A stretch of DNA of 39,889 nucleotides from Octopus bimaculoides (GCF_001194135.2 NC_068989.1:95084137-95124025), one strand, 5' to 3'; shown: positions 22,938 through 35,739, counted from the stretch's first letter. Numbers and translations: made by a program. The notes: generated from the letters alone by a model not told the origin.

Positions 22938-23140
22938 GAGAGAGGAGGGGAGAGGGAAAAGGAGAGGGGAGAGGGAAAAGGAGAGGGGAAAGGGAAAAGG
23001 AGAGGGGAGAGGGAAAAGGAGAGGGAAAAGGAGAGGGGAAAGGGAAAAGGAGAGGGGAGAGAGAGTGAAATAGAGTGAGAGAGAGTGAAATAGAGTGAGA
23101 GAGAGTGAAATAGAGTGAGAGAGAGTGAAATAGAGTGAGA
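22938..23140. repeat. Purine-rich minisatellites: GAGGGAAAAGGAGAGGGG-like array, then 20-bp GAGAGTGAAATAGAGTGAGA x4
   Basis: Four exact 20-bp units at 23061-23140. Confidence 0.9.
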
Positions 23141-23144
23141 GAGA

Positions 23145-23280
23145 GGTGAGTTGGCAGAATTATTAGGAAGTTGGAATAAAACCCCACGTGAGATTTGTTC
23201 CGGCTCTTTACGTTTTGAGTTCAAATCCTGCAGTGGACCACTTTGCCTTTCACACTTCCGGCCAAATACTAGGGGTCGTT
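23145..23280 (+). mobile_element. SINE family A, 5' part
   Basis: gagttggcagaattattag...ctttacgttttgagttcaaatcc...ctttgcctttcac. Confidence 0.7.
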
Positions 23281-23525
23281 GGTAACAACTATCTTGGTGC
23301 CCACAAAGTATTCCTTGTTACTTTGAATTCTAAGAAAATGTCTCTTCAATCGCCGGTTTCGAACCCCAACAGACCCCGAGTACAATTTCACATCCAACTG
23401 CCTCGTTGCCGGATAATTTAGTAGAATGTCTCTGCACTTGACTACTGTTGGAGTTCCAGCATTACTATATCATGAGTAGAAACAGTGACTGCCGAACACT
23501 TTATTTCTGCAATCGAAATGTTATC

Positions 23526-24419
23526 ATTAGCCCGACTTACCCCATTAGCCCGACTTACCCCATTAGCCCGCCTTACCCCATTAGCCCGACTTACCCCATT
23601 AGCCCGCCTTACCCCATTAGCCCGNNNNNNNNNNNNNNNNNNNNNNNNNNNNNNNNNNNNNNNNNNNNNNNNNNNNNNNNNNNNNNNNNNNNNNNNNNNN
23701 NNNNNNNNNNNNNNNNNNNNNNNNNNNNNNNNNNNNNNNNNNNNNNNNNNNNNNNNNNNNNNNNNNNNNNNNNNNNNNNNNNNNNNNNNNNNNNNNNNNN
23801 NNNNNNNNNNNNNNNNNNNNNNNNNNNNNNNNNNNNNNNNNNNNNNNNNNNNNNNNNNNNNNNNNNNNNNNNNNNNNNNNNNNNNNNNNNNNNNNNNNNN
23901 NNNNNNNNNNNNNNNNNNNNNNNNNNNNNNNNNNNNNNNNNNNNNNNNNNNNNNNNNNNNNNNNNNNNNNNNNNNNNNNNNNNNNNNNNNNNNNNNNNNN
24001 NNNNNNNNNNNNNNNNNNNNNNNNNNNNNNNNNNNNNNNNNNNNNNNNNNNNNNNNNNNNNNNNNNNNNNNNNNNNNNNNNNNNNNNNNNNNNNNNNNNN
24101 NNNNNNNNNNNNNNNNNNNNNNNNNNNNNNNNNNNNNNNNNNNNNNNNNNNNNNNNNNNNNNNNNNNNNNNNNNNNNNNNNNNNNNNNNNNNNNNNNNNN
24201 NNNNNNNTCATTAGCCCGACTTACCCCATTAGCCCGACTTACCCCATTAGCCCGCCTTACCCCATTAGCCCGACTTACCCCATTAGCCCGCCTTACCCCA
24301 TTAGCCCGCCTTACCCCATTAGCCCGCATTACCCCATTAACCCGCCTTACCCCCATTAGCCCGCCTTACCCCATTAGCCCGACTTACCCCATTAGCTCGA
24401 GTTTTCCCATTAGCCTCGA
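23526..24419. repeat. 18-bp minisatellite ATTAGCCCG(A/C)CTTACCCC interrupted by an N-gap (23625-24207)
   Basis: 5.5 units left of the gap; 10 units plus 2 decayed units right of it. Confidence 0.95.
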
Positions 24420-24957
24420 CCTTGGTTGCGATGATGAGTTGTTATTATCCTCATGACAAAGCAATCAAAATTAATGAATCCGAATTATTTCAATTTCAAA
24501 TACTGTTCACACATAAACAAGCCGTGCATCCAAATTATTGTTTAATTATCCTTTTATGACCTTCTCATCCTTCTGCTTTACTTTCCTTAATTTTTAATTA
24601 TAATTAGTTACAATGAAAATTAAACTTTTTACATTAATTGGTTTATAAATGTGTAATGAATTTTTTAAAAATAAACAGGATATTCAGCGCCTTTCTCGAT
24701 CTCTTAGAAATCACAGTCCACATACCTTCCAATCATATATACTACCAACTGGAAAGAAAGAGAAAGCGCTTTAGATAATGGAGTCTTCAAAACTTATGAA
24801 AAGACGAGACGGTCATGGATGGAATTTCTTGGATCCTAGGTTTGCCCAAAAGTCAATCTGTGTAATGTTTTCCCTGATCAAGCAGAACAGTCTTAAGAAT
24901 TTTATAGTTTGAGTAAAATTCCGTAACTAATCGTTAAAACCTACTCATAGCTGTCGA

Positions 24958-25165
24958 AGAAGAAGAAGAAGAAGAAGAAGAAGAAGAAGAAGAAGAAGAA
25001 GAAGAAGAAGAAGAAGAAGAAGAAGAAGAAGAAGAAGAATGATGTTGATGATGATGACGACGACAATGATATTAATAATGATAATATTGATGATGATGAT
25101 GATGATCATCATCATCATCATCATGACGATGATGATGATCATGATCATGATAATGATGATGATTA
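24958..25165. repeat. (GAA)n followed by degenerate (GAT/CAT)n
   Basis: Direct reading. Confidence 0.95.
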
Positions 25166-25839
25166 TAGTAAAATTTCAGCTTATTAGTATCATTCCGTTT
25201 CTATTTACTACTAAAGTGAATATGCTTCATTTTACAATAATTTTTAATTTAACAATCAATTAAATTATATGATGCGAAAATTAAATAAAATGTATTTAAG
25301 AAAGAAAAATGAATAAATAAACAAATAACCAAAATAAACGAAAATATAGAAAAATCTGCGGCAATTTACTCTTGGATTTAAAAATATATTAAATTCTTGG
25401 TGTTGTTTATTCCTGCTGTGTATGTAAACTTTTGTTGTAGAAATGATATGCTTTTTCTTTGTATAATTCTCAACTGTATTTATCTCAGCTTGTTTACATT
25501 GGGTCGATTTATTGAAAATCACTTACAAGGCATGTTTTCGTTTGTTTTATTTTACTTATTGGTTTTTAGGATTTTATTAGTTCAAGTCATATAATTTTTA
25601 TGGTCGTTAAATTAAAAATGGAGTAAAACTTAAATAATAAAATACATTTGTGTTCAAAGTACATTCATTAATAAATAATATTGTTAAATTGCAATAAATT
25701 ATGAGTGTCATAAAACTCTGAAGTAAGACTTGAACTCTGGTTAACAAAATAATTATTTAACAGCAACAAGATCGTCGCAGATAACGTCGACCTCACTCTG
25801 GAAACATGGTTTTAAAGAATAAATATATTTAATATACAG

Positions 25840-26100
25840 AACGTGGAAAATCGCCAGAATTGATAAGATATCGATGGTTCGTTTCAGCAAGAATTTGATT
25901 AGATGTTTTAAAAAACCACAAATATTTGAAGAGGTTAATATATTATTTGTGGCATGCGATGAATAGAAGACTAAAGCTTATGGTATGATCCTCCGTCAGA
26001 GGACAAATTAAAAGATGACTGCAGAGTGCTGGGGAACGTGGAGCAGATAGGAGGACAGAAATGGCGAAAAATAGTAGCAGAAAGTTGGGTTCACATCAAA
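25840..26100 (+). mobile_element. Possible highly decayed RTE C-terminal relic
   Basis: Fragments RIDKIS / RLIYYLWHAMNRR / DKLKDDCRVLGNVEQIGGQKWRKIVAES appear in the order expected for RTE (DKISN..RL.Y.GH.MRR..D.VKED...WR.IV). Confidence 0.35.
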
Positions 26101-26261
26101 AATATGTGCCGGTGTCGGGGCGTTATGCGCCGATATCTGCTTCCAAGAAACTGTTTACGAACATGCACGTACACACTCACACGCGCACACACACATACAC
26201 ACACACACGTGTATATATAAATATATATGTGTGTGTGTATATGTATGAACATTCACATGCA

Positions 26262-26325
<64 letters not shown>

Positions 26326-26410
26326 CATACATACAGACATACAGACATATATACGTACATATATACATATGCGTGTGATTGTTTGTGTGTGTGTTAAAGC
26401 TTATGCCAAT

Positions 26411-26551
26411 GGGTTAGCAGAGTCGTTAGAGCGTCTGACAGTAAATGTCTGGCAGTAATTGTTCCCGCTCTTCACGTTCCGAATTCGAATCCCGTTGCAG
26501 TCAAATTTACTTTCCGTTTCTCTGGGCCGATAAATAAAGTACTGGGGTACT
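26411..26551 (+). mobile_element. SINE family A, diverged
   Basis: ttagcagagtcgttagagcgtc...ttcacgttccgaattcgaatccc...gggccgataaataaagtactgggg. Confidence 0.6.
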
Positions 26552-28089
26552 GCCTTCTTTTTCTTCCACTTTCTCGAAATCTGCTATTTTGTACTTTGAG
26601 AGATAGAAGTACAAACCGTACCTCCTTGGTCCAGCAATTTCAGAAGAATTAAACTAAGAGAAGGAGCCTTTTCTCATCTCATACCGCAAAGTCCTCCAAA
26701 GAAACGAATGGATGTGAGGAGGGGAGATAGAAAAATTATGTAGTAAGGCAAAAAAAAAACTTTGAAGATAATTTACTGACTCTAACTTCCAAACATTATA
26801 AATGTTCGGCCGTAGTACCTAATGTGACTATTTTAAATAACTCAGGGCCGGAACTTTACATAATATCATGTGAAAATTTTACGATGAATGTGCATTTTAC
26901 AGCAACCAAATTGTTGCTCAATTCTATGTTAGTTCTGTCGAGCTTAGTTAAGATCATTCTAGCAAACACAAATCATCGTGATGCATCTGGGACTACATTA
27001 TTCAACATCTCCATCTTTTTATATGAAAGTAAGATATGATTTGAGGGAGACATGTCTGACATTTGTGTAACTCTGTAGCATCCACTTCGTCAGATCCGGC
27101 GAGGGCTCCGCAACGGCCAAGCGTTTCTGTCTTAACATTTTTAGTTAGAGAAACACCGTCGCATAAAAGCTGCCTGATTTCTCCATTAACGTAAGGGAGT
27201 TCTGTGCAGCTATTAAATTAGCCTCTTATTCTCTGGTTTGAGTACACCTGACCTTCAAATAGGAAATTTGCAACAACAACAAAAAAAAAACGAAAAAAGG
27301 AATTTCACAAAAATTTCGAAAGCACATTTTCTGGGGTGGCGTTGCAGTTAAGTGATGAGTTTTCAAATGACATGGTAGCTAAGTAACGTCATATCTTTGC
27401 TACAGAATCTCTAGTGAAAGTCGATGGAAGGCGAATATGTAAACAAAACCCAAAACATCCTAAATCGATTTTTAACCAATAATCTTTTTCTTGTCATCAT
27501 GTAAGGGGATTATGAAAGCTTTTATAGTATTAAAGGGCATTATTTTAATACTTTAACATTGTTTTCGTGCGATTAAAGTGTATTATTCTTGCTTGGAATT
27601 AAATTTTACCTTTATAATTTCCTCTTTTTTTAAAAAAGTGTAGCAATCCCATCTAAAGTAAATTAGGTGTTTAAAGCAAATTTCGATGATGAAAAGAGAA
27701 TTTGTTTTGAAATTACGAAAAATAAAAAGAATTAATTTGTTACGTTAATCTAACATTGTTTAAATTTAATACAAATACCTTTTTTTCAATATTTTCATAT
27801 TGCTATTTAATTTTTTTTTCCAATTTTGATGGCATCGGAAATTGCTTTTTATTTCCATTCTCCTTAATGTGAACTAAATACCTAACAAATCTTTTTCTGG
27901 GTATAAACTTAATCTTCATTCCTTCTTATTAATTTCTTTATACGCTAAAGACATCGCAGAGAGTGATGCCTTTGCGGGAGTTCTTTGGATTGGTTTTTCA
28001 ACCACATAGGAAGATTTGAATTTAACAATGCAAAAGAACAAAACACTCTCTCATGCTTTGGCTCCCACATAGTTCCTGCTGGATACTAG

Positions 28090-28368
28090 ACACAAAAACA
28101 TGGCACTGCTATTTGCTTCGAGCCTACTGGGCCACTAAGCCGGAGCTTAGACAAGCCCCGCAGTGTTAAACGACCAAGGGTACAAGACTCTCCGTATGAA
28201 GGGGTCACCACCTCCAGCTGCTGCTGATCCTCATTTTTTAGCCCAGCTGACTTGAGCAACATGAACTGAAATGCTTTAGTCAAGGACATGACACCTCACC
28301 CGTTTCGAGAATTGAAACCGACAATCTAACGAACTTGATCCAAACACTCTAACAATTAGACCACGCGC
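28090..28368 (-). mobile_element. CORE-like SINE (family D-related)
   Basis: 28231-28368 (tcatttttta...cttgagcaacatgaactgaaatgctttagtcaaggaca...gaattgaaacc...tagaccacgcgc) parallels 38400-38540. The extent of the 3' part is uncertain. Confidence 0.55.
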
Positions 28369-28976
28369 ATGGTATCGGCTCAAATCTATAGACTTATTCT
28401 GTTATAAATCATTAAAGATGAGTGCATATAAAGCATCATTAATTTATTTAGTTGAATTAATTATCAAATTCACATCATTTATGCAAATCAGTGTAACTTA
28501 TTCGGTCCTTTGTAATAGGGGCTACAGACGAAAGTTTCGCCGTCGGCAATAAAAGGAAAAGTCATGACTTGGTTATAAAATATTAATGGCTATTAAAACC
28601 ATAATCAAACCGACCCCTTTTATTCGGACCACGAGGAAATTGTATGTAGAACAGCCATTTACGATTGTTAATGGCTTCGTACGTTCAGTACCAACTATAG
28701 ATTTATTTTTAGTATAGCCTTCTATACTGTGTGAAGACCGACATGTCAGAGAATAGACCCACCGTTTCCTTTGCGTGTCGTAAAAGACGACTAAAAGAGA
28801 TTAAGGTAGGATTTGCACTCCGACTTCGTTAAGCCCTCACCAGCACCGATTACCCAAACAGACCCGTGGGTCGGAGGGTTGTAGCCTGAGTGGTGCAAAG
28901 GTGTCACCCGCCAAGAGTAGGGAATCATCTACAAACAGTAGATGCAGCGATGTGTTGTTTCAGCGCATTCCCCCAT

Positions 28977-28992
28977 ATTACTACTGCTACTG

Positions 28993-29037
<45 letters not shown>

Positions 29038-29041
29038 ATGC

Positions 29042-29086
<45 letters not shown>

Positions 29087-29090
29087 CAAC
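28977..29090. repeat. (ACT)n(AAT)n microsatellite
   Basis: Direct reading. Confidence 0.95.
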
Positions 29091-29094
29091 ACTC

Positions 29095-29726
29095 TATATA
29101 CTGTTTGAGAATCCCTTTAACATCTCAGCAGCTTCCCAAAGCAATGAACGACGGTCCCTTCCACAAGTATCACGACGAAGTTTGAAAAGTGTAAGTGGAA
29201 CGAGTTATGACGGCCATTCTATCGGTTAAACATTATTCCAAAAAGGAAGCCCTCGCTATTCTTATAACTGTAGAGAAGTTCTATTCACTGCAACACCAGT
29301 GGCTGTGTCTATTTTATATAGCCCCCAGACCATCAGCTGAGAGTGTTTCATGTTAAGACGCTAAAGTTCCTGAAGCATACCGTACCAGAGACACATTGCC
29401 CAGACAGTCTTTTTCTCAGATTCCACTAAGGAGGTAACTGTATGCAGACTGGGTTTACCCTGGAAATAACACACAAAAAAAGTCATGCGATAAAGATTGC
29501 CAAATGCTGTGAGCTATCATTTGACAGTGCAACGCAGAAACCGAGACTAGCAGGGGGTTGCAAGGCAGTTGATATTGGCTGTGAAGCAGGGTGATCTCTT
29601 TGCAAAGCTCTGATTAGGCTTGAAATCACTTGGTCAACGAAAAGAGGAGCCATACTTTCTAATAGCGAAATAGTACAGAAAGCGGTTCGACGGATTTGGA
29701 CAAAGAGACCGAAGCAAGCCTCTTAA
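29095..29726 (+). mobile_element. RLE-type non-LTR retrotransposon relic (HERO/NeSL-like), zinc-knuckle remnant plus endonuclease
   Basis: With frameshifts: ESL*HLSSFPK / AMNDG..HDEV / PDHQLRVFHVKTLKF / FSDSTKEVTVCRLGLPW / SHAIKIAKCCEL...KAVDIGC..AG*SLCKALIRLEIT...AI....EIVQKAVRRIWTKR. Colinear with GSLEHILSSCPK..RHDQVL..WQL.VDL...LKFP..RPD..S.STK...IELTVPW..K..KY..L..PVEVGC....SL..AL..LGI..WLW.KR. Confidence 0.8.
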
Positions 29727-30339
29727 CGGCATAACCATGCCTACACTCAAGATATAAATTCTTTTATATATGAAGAGCAGAAACAATACGACGTCTAAAA
29801 CAATAATAGTTTTACAACAAAACTGAAAACAATAAAGAATACGACCAGCTACCATTCGTGGAATTTACAGAAAATCATTTTTGATAATTCAAATTAATGA
29901 TAATTTATTTTAGAAGCAGTTATTATTTATTAACTTTCGAGCAAGTCTCGTGCCGTTCCTTCCTCTGAGTAATATCGTATTACATTATTAAAATGTGAAC
30001 TCTGCGATGGAGTCTATATTTTAATTTATTCGGTATTCCTCGGTGACATCACTAAAACATAATGTCTCGATCTGTATATCTATAGATCGAGACATAGATA
30101 GGCATATAAATGTATATAAATATGCATCGTGTGTGTATACACACACATGTACGCACATATTACACACGCACGCACACACAAATACATCTTTACACTGCGT
30201 ATGTCTGTGTGTTTGAGTCGAATNNNNNNNNNNTGTATATATATATGAATATTTAGATAACGCGTATTTCAATACAATTGCACACATATTTTTACATAGA
30301 GAATTAATAGATAGGTAGAGGGAGAGTGAGAGAGAAACA

Positions 30340-30421
30340 GACAGGCAGAGATAGAAACAGAGAGACAGAGTGACAGAGAGAAAGAGAAACAGACAGACAG
30401 ACAGAGATAGAAACAGACAGT

Positions 30422-30484
<63 letters not shown>

Positions 30485-30510
30485 AAACAGAAGGAAGAGA
30501 GATATAGAAA
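30340..30510. repeat. (GA)n/(GACA)n low-complexity tract
   Basis: Direct reading. Confidence 0.9.
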
Positions 30511-32662
30511 CCAATGCTTATGTTAGTGTTTAGCTCTTAGTCACCTCGAATGACGTACTTTTCTGAGCTTCTTTTCTACGTCAGTGAGTTATGAGGCTGA
30601 ATGTATTTCGTTTCAGAATATGAATAAGAAGAAACTTATTAACATATACCTTAACGGTATTTAATATAGATGGCGTGATTAAGATGGAAAGCTGGCAGAA
30701 TCGTTGGCACGTCTGCAGTATGGTATGATTCGAGGGGGATTTGGCTGCTATTATAGAGGGTTTAGTGCTTTATAACTTCGTTTCACAATCAAGATATGTT
30801 CGTGCTTGATTCCACTGTGCAATATCTGACGTCGGTGTTTCTACATTAGTTCGTGTCGGCCCAAGCCGTATAAATAGACAAACATAATGTGGAAGCACGT
30901 GGGTCGCATTAGAGCAGGAATTTAAAGCAACAGCAGTCATCGGAACTAGGCGATCGGATGCAGCAGTTTGGACGCTGGCGACTTAGTACGGCCGACTGGA
31001 CATCCATTCTGGTTTGGTGATAGTACTTTTTAGCACAAGAGGTAAACACAAACGCTCACGAGTGCAGATCTATACACATACAAGCAGAAAGAGCAAGAGA
31101 GAGGAAGAGCGCGAGAGAGCGAGGCATTACAAGTTATTATTTGAACACAATTGACATAAACATTTTCGCCTCTTTTCATAAACATAAAGAGAAATATACT
31201 TACACACACAAACAGAGAGAGAGGGAAGAGGGGAACGAGGTAAAGATCAAAGCGTTTGATGTCAAATAAGTCAGCGTTGAACACGCTGTAGTCTCATAGC
31301 GGTCCACTGGTTCTGGATGGGGATCACATTAAGGGTGCCAATGTCTGTTGAAAATCCTGCCTCTTACACTACTCATCTTCGAAAGTGATAGGGACGTTAT
31401 TTAGAAATCCCATTGTTCAATAATGTAATATATTTCATAACAAAGCCTGGACAGCTCTCAGTGAATTAAATCAGAGACTCAAATTGAAATCCTATTTCAC
31501 TTCGTCCACTGCAATAGGGGCCCATACGATTATGTCTACTTAAAGCCATTTTTTGTTGCAGGATTTCGTGTCTATTGAAATATATTATGATTTATCCTTT
31601 GATTTACCGATATTTTAAACTGTAGCTCTTTTAATTCAACTTAGTGGTTAAACTGTCAAATTTCTGCAGACTTGTTCCCCTAAATCTTACAAACTTCCTC
31701 ATTTGAGGTGTTTTAATATTTTCGTAGCCTGAAATTTTTCAAATTGATTTTATTATTCATCTTCCAAAGCCCCGTATAGCTGATCGCAACATCTTATTTC
31801 CCTTAATTGTGATAGGCAATTCAATATTTATACTTCTTAATTTTTCTATCCCTATTTCAGTTTACTGCTTAGAGTTATTCAAAAATAAAGTGGCTTTCTT
31901 TTTTTCTAGCTCCTTGAGCTTTGTGTTAGTTGTAGGGGAAAATGGGAATAAAAAGTAGAGCAACACGAAAGCAGGAAATGGAAAAATTATCTTATAACAT
32001 TGAAGTATTAATATTTTCTCTAATCCAGATGAAAATTATAATGTAATGCTTGCACAATGTATGTACCAGGAAAATCCATTCTAAGATCTCAAAAGGAAAA
32101 AAAACCTCAAACAAATCTCACTGCAACCGTGAATATGAGGTTCTCCAAAGATGTATAAAGAGATAATAGTATTGTTCCTAAATGTTCATTATTCCACCGT
32201 TATTGTACAGTCAGTGCAAGAAATGAGAAGCTTGCTTTTATAGCATTGTGTTTGATATTGCATTAATTTAATCAATGAAAACTTTTCCAGTAAACTTGAC
32301 TTCACTGATCCCTTTCGTATCCATTAACTTCGGGCCTCGTTCAGTTGTGATCAACAATGGGAGAGTCAGTTAATAATTCTCAAACAACTGATCAAGCGAT
32401 GTTGTCAAGCAGTAATGAGAACGTCAGTCTCTGTATTAATGCTATAACTCAGGTTTATTCCATGTATTATTATCAAATACATATACAATGAGAATTGTAC
32501 AGCATTCAAAGTTATACCAACAACATCACAATCGTAATAATATCAATGAAGAAATAATGAACTCATACCGAAGAACTGCAATAAAATTCGGTAAATATTC
32601 AATTGCAATATCAAATAGAATGGAAAAAATATAAAAATTGAAATCAGCATAATTTGAAACCA

Positions 32663-32877
32663 TTGGTTTCAAATGTTGGTACAAGGCCAGCAATATTGGG
32701 AGAGGGAGGTAAGTGGCTTACATCGATCCCAGGACTCAAATAGAACTTTCCTTACCGACCCTGGAAGGATGAAAGGCAAAGTGAACCTCGGTGGAATTTG
32801 AACTCACAACGTAAAGGCGGACGAAATGCGGATAAACATTTCGATCGGCGTGCTAACGATTCTGCCAGCTCACCACC
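32663..32877 (-). mobile_element. SINE family A, near full length
   Basis: ggatgaaaggcaaagtgaacctcggtggaatttgaactcacaacgt...cggcgtgctaacgattctgccagctc. Confidence 0.9.
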
Positions 32878-32950
32878 CAAGAATTATAATACATAAATTG
32901 CTTATAATGAATATCCAGTGCAGTATTAGGTATATTATCTATGTGGCGAC

Positions 32951-33165
32951 GGCGGCGGGCTGGCAGAACAGTTAGCACGCCGGTCGAAGTGCTAAGCGGC
33001 ATTTTCTTCGTTTTACGTTCTGAATTCAAATTCCGCTGAGGTCAATTTTGCCTTTAGTCCCTTTGGAATCGGTAAAATAAGTACCAGTTGAATACTAGAG
33101 TCGATATAATCGATTTCCCCAACCCTCAAAATTGCTGGCCTTGTACCAAAATAAGAAAAGAATAT
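32951..33165 (+). mobile_element. SINE family A, near full length
   Basis: ggcggcgggctggcagaacagttagcacgccgg...ttctgaattcaaattccgctgaggtc...aaaataagtaccagttg...gctggccttgtaccaaaa. Confidence 0.9.
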
Positions 33166-33443
33166 CAAGTTAATGCGTTCGCGTGTGTTCGCCATTTTTG
33201 TTTAAACAAAGGCAGTTGCAATCAATCCCGTTATATTGCTGATTCTTATTTTAGCAGTCCCAGATGATCAATGACCGAGAACACGCAAAGACTAATCGAA
33301 TGGATCGAAATCTATATCACTATACAATCTTTGAATTCCACCAGATAGAATAAAGTTGATAGAATTGTAGATGGCGTAGTTTGTGTTTCAAACGGTAAAC
33401 GCTCTCTGTAGACCGTAGTTCAGATAAATCGATACCATAGAAA

Positions 33444-33723
33444 GGGTTGTGTGATTAATGATCTCGCTTTGCAACCACATGCTTTCTGGTTCGGTCCGAC
33501 AAAGAGGCATCTTGGACAAATATCTCCTACTATAGCGCCGGGCCGATCAATTCTTTAAGTGAACATGGTAAACGGAAACTGTGAGGAATCATTTTGTTTG
33601 TATACGATAGAATATGTACCAGACTTACACGATAATAAATACTGGAGTCGATTTGTTTGACTCAACCCTTCAATTCAGTGCTCCAGCACGGCCGCAGTTC
33701 AGAGAGTGAAACAAGTTAAAGAG
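33444..33723 (+). mobile_element. SINE family B, internally shortened
   Basis: gcaaccacatg...cttggacaaatatctcctactatagc...gtcgatttgtttgact...gtgctccagcacggccgcagt...gaaacaagt. Confidence 0.75.
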
Positions 33724-33739
33724 CAATGAAACACCAATG

Positions 33740-34029
33740 TTGATGTGCACAGATTATCACTGATCCGATCCAGTGACTGTTGTATTCTTCAATGTAACTA
33801 TCACACCATCCATTGTAACACCCACAGAATGCTATTTCAAAACGGGCAGAATCCGTGCTGAAGAACAATGCAATTTCTTGTCAATAACAAGATTGTATTG
33901 AACGTGAAGAAGGCGATAGAATCTTCGTCGACATCCTTGGTAATGCCTTGTGGAGTCCATTCGGTGATGAACATCAATCTTAATGCAATGTTTAACAACA
34001 GAGCTATTGACCAGGTAGAGTGATTCCAT
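33740..34029 (-). mobile_element. Decayed RTE-type reverse transcriptase relic
   Basis: Across frameshifts: MESLYLVNSSVVK / ITEW..GITKDV / ILSP / YNLVID / GVTMDG / QQSLDRISD, compared with LY..S.S.V...G.ITEWF....GVRQGC.LSP.LFN...GI.I.G. Confidence 0.5.
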
Positions 34030-34429
34030 TGTTTTTGTGGCTGGAGGGCGGGAGGAGGGAGAGTAAGATGGGGGAAGAGGAGAGCTTTACACTTTTACTT
34101 CGTTAAATCACATTGAATTGGTTCCGTGTCTTAAATTAATTTTTGAAATTTCGATGAAACTACAATAATACAATAATGACAATTGATAAACACGACAAGA
34201 TTAGCGAGCCAACTGTTAAAGTGATGACGCTGACGATAATGATGATTATGATGATGGTGGCGGTGGTGATATTTATGAAGGAATAGGGAGAGAGAGGGGG
34301 GAGAGAAAGATGGAAAGGGGTGGAAGAGAGATGGAGAAGGAGGCGAGAAAAAGAATGGGTGGGACAGAGAGAAGGGAAAGAGAGAAAGGGAGGAAAGGAG
34401 GGGGCAGCAGAATGAGATGGGTGAAGAAT

Positions 34430-34507
34430 AAGCGCGATGATGACGATGATGACGATGATTACAACCACGATCATGATATTAACAACAACAACAACAACAA
34501 CAACAAC

Positions 34508-34550
<43 letters not shown>

Positions 34551-34810
34551 GTAATAATAATAATGGCAATCACAATAATGATAAGCAAAATGATCTCAGT
34601 TGCAATAATCTCATTTGACTTGGCACTGGGCCAAAAATAAAGAAAAAGGAAGAATAACAACAGCAACAACAACAACAACAATAAAGTAATAGAAATAATA
34701 ATGAATAGAAGAAGAAGAAGAAGAAGAAGAAGAAGAAGAAGAAGAAGAAGAAGAAGAAGAAGAAGAAGAAGAAGAAGAAGAAGAAGAAGAAGAAGAAGAA
34801 GAAGAAGAAG
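34430..34810. repeat. Compound trinucleotide tracts (GAT)(AAC)(AAT)(GAA)
   Basis: Direct reading; (GAA)n runs into the N-gap at 34811. Confidence 0.95.
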
Positions 34811-35249
34811 NNNNNNNNNNNNNNNNNNNNNNNNNNNNNNNNNNNNNNNNNNNNNNNNNNNNNNNNNNNNNNNNNNNNNNNNNNNNNNNNNNNNNNNNNN
34901 NNNNNNNNNNNNNNNNNNNNNNNNNNNNNNNNNNNNNNNNNNNNNNNNNNNNNNNNNNNNNNNNNNNNNNNNNNNNNNNNNNNNNNNNNNNNNNNNNNNN
35001 NNNNNNNNNNNNNNNNNNNNNNNNNNNNNNNNNNNNNNNNNNNNNNNNNNNNNNNNNNNNNNNNNNNNNNNNNNNNNNNNNNNNNNNNNNNNNNNNNNNN
35101 NNNNNNNNNNNNNNNNNNNNNNNNNNNNNNNNNNNNNNNNNNNNNNNNNNNTATACATGCATATGTGTGTGTTTATATATATACACACATATATATACAC
35201 ATATATATATGTACACACACATACGCACGCATACATATATGTATGCTTG

Positions 35250-35312
<63 letters not shown>

Positions 35313-35480
35313 CTTTCTTAAACAAGAAAATTATTAACAGTGACTTCGAAGTTTCCGCCAGTTAAGCCATCGTAAGTGTCAATAATATTCTTGTTTTAGA
35401 ATGATAGATTTGTAGTCTCCAAAAATAGAGATTAACCCATCAGATTAATATAAAATTGTTTTTATTACAAGTGAATACAA

Positions 35481-35696
35481 GGCCGCGAGCTGGCAGAAGT
35501 GTTAGCACGCCAGACGAAATGCTTAGCGGGATTTCGTCTGTCTTCATGTTCTGAGTTCAAATTTCTCCGAAGTCTACTTTACCTTTTATCTCTTCCGGTG
35601 GAGGCGACAAATTGAGTACCAGTTGTGGTCGATCTAATTTACTAACCCCACCTCCCCCAAATTACAGGCTTCGTGCTCATAGTAGATAGGATTATA
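35481..35696 (+). mobile_element. SINE family A
   Basis: gcgagctggcagaagtgttagcacgccagacgaaatgcttagcgg...gttctgagttcaaatt. Confidence 0.9.
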
Positions 35697-35739
35697 ACTA
35701 AACATCAAAGCAATCATTGTCACACACACGCGCATGTGT

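Noticed and set aside
23442-24456. Long ORFs with RRANGV, ISP(T/P)YP or ARLTPL repeats (superficially like the Pol II CTD)
   Set aside because: Read-through of an 18-bp tandem repeat and an N-gap; several frames on both strands are open for the same trivial reason.
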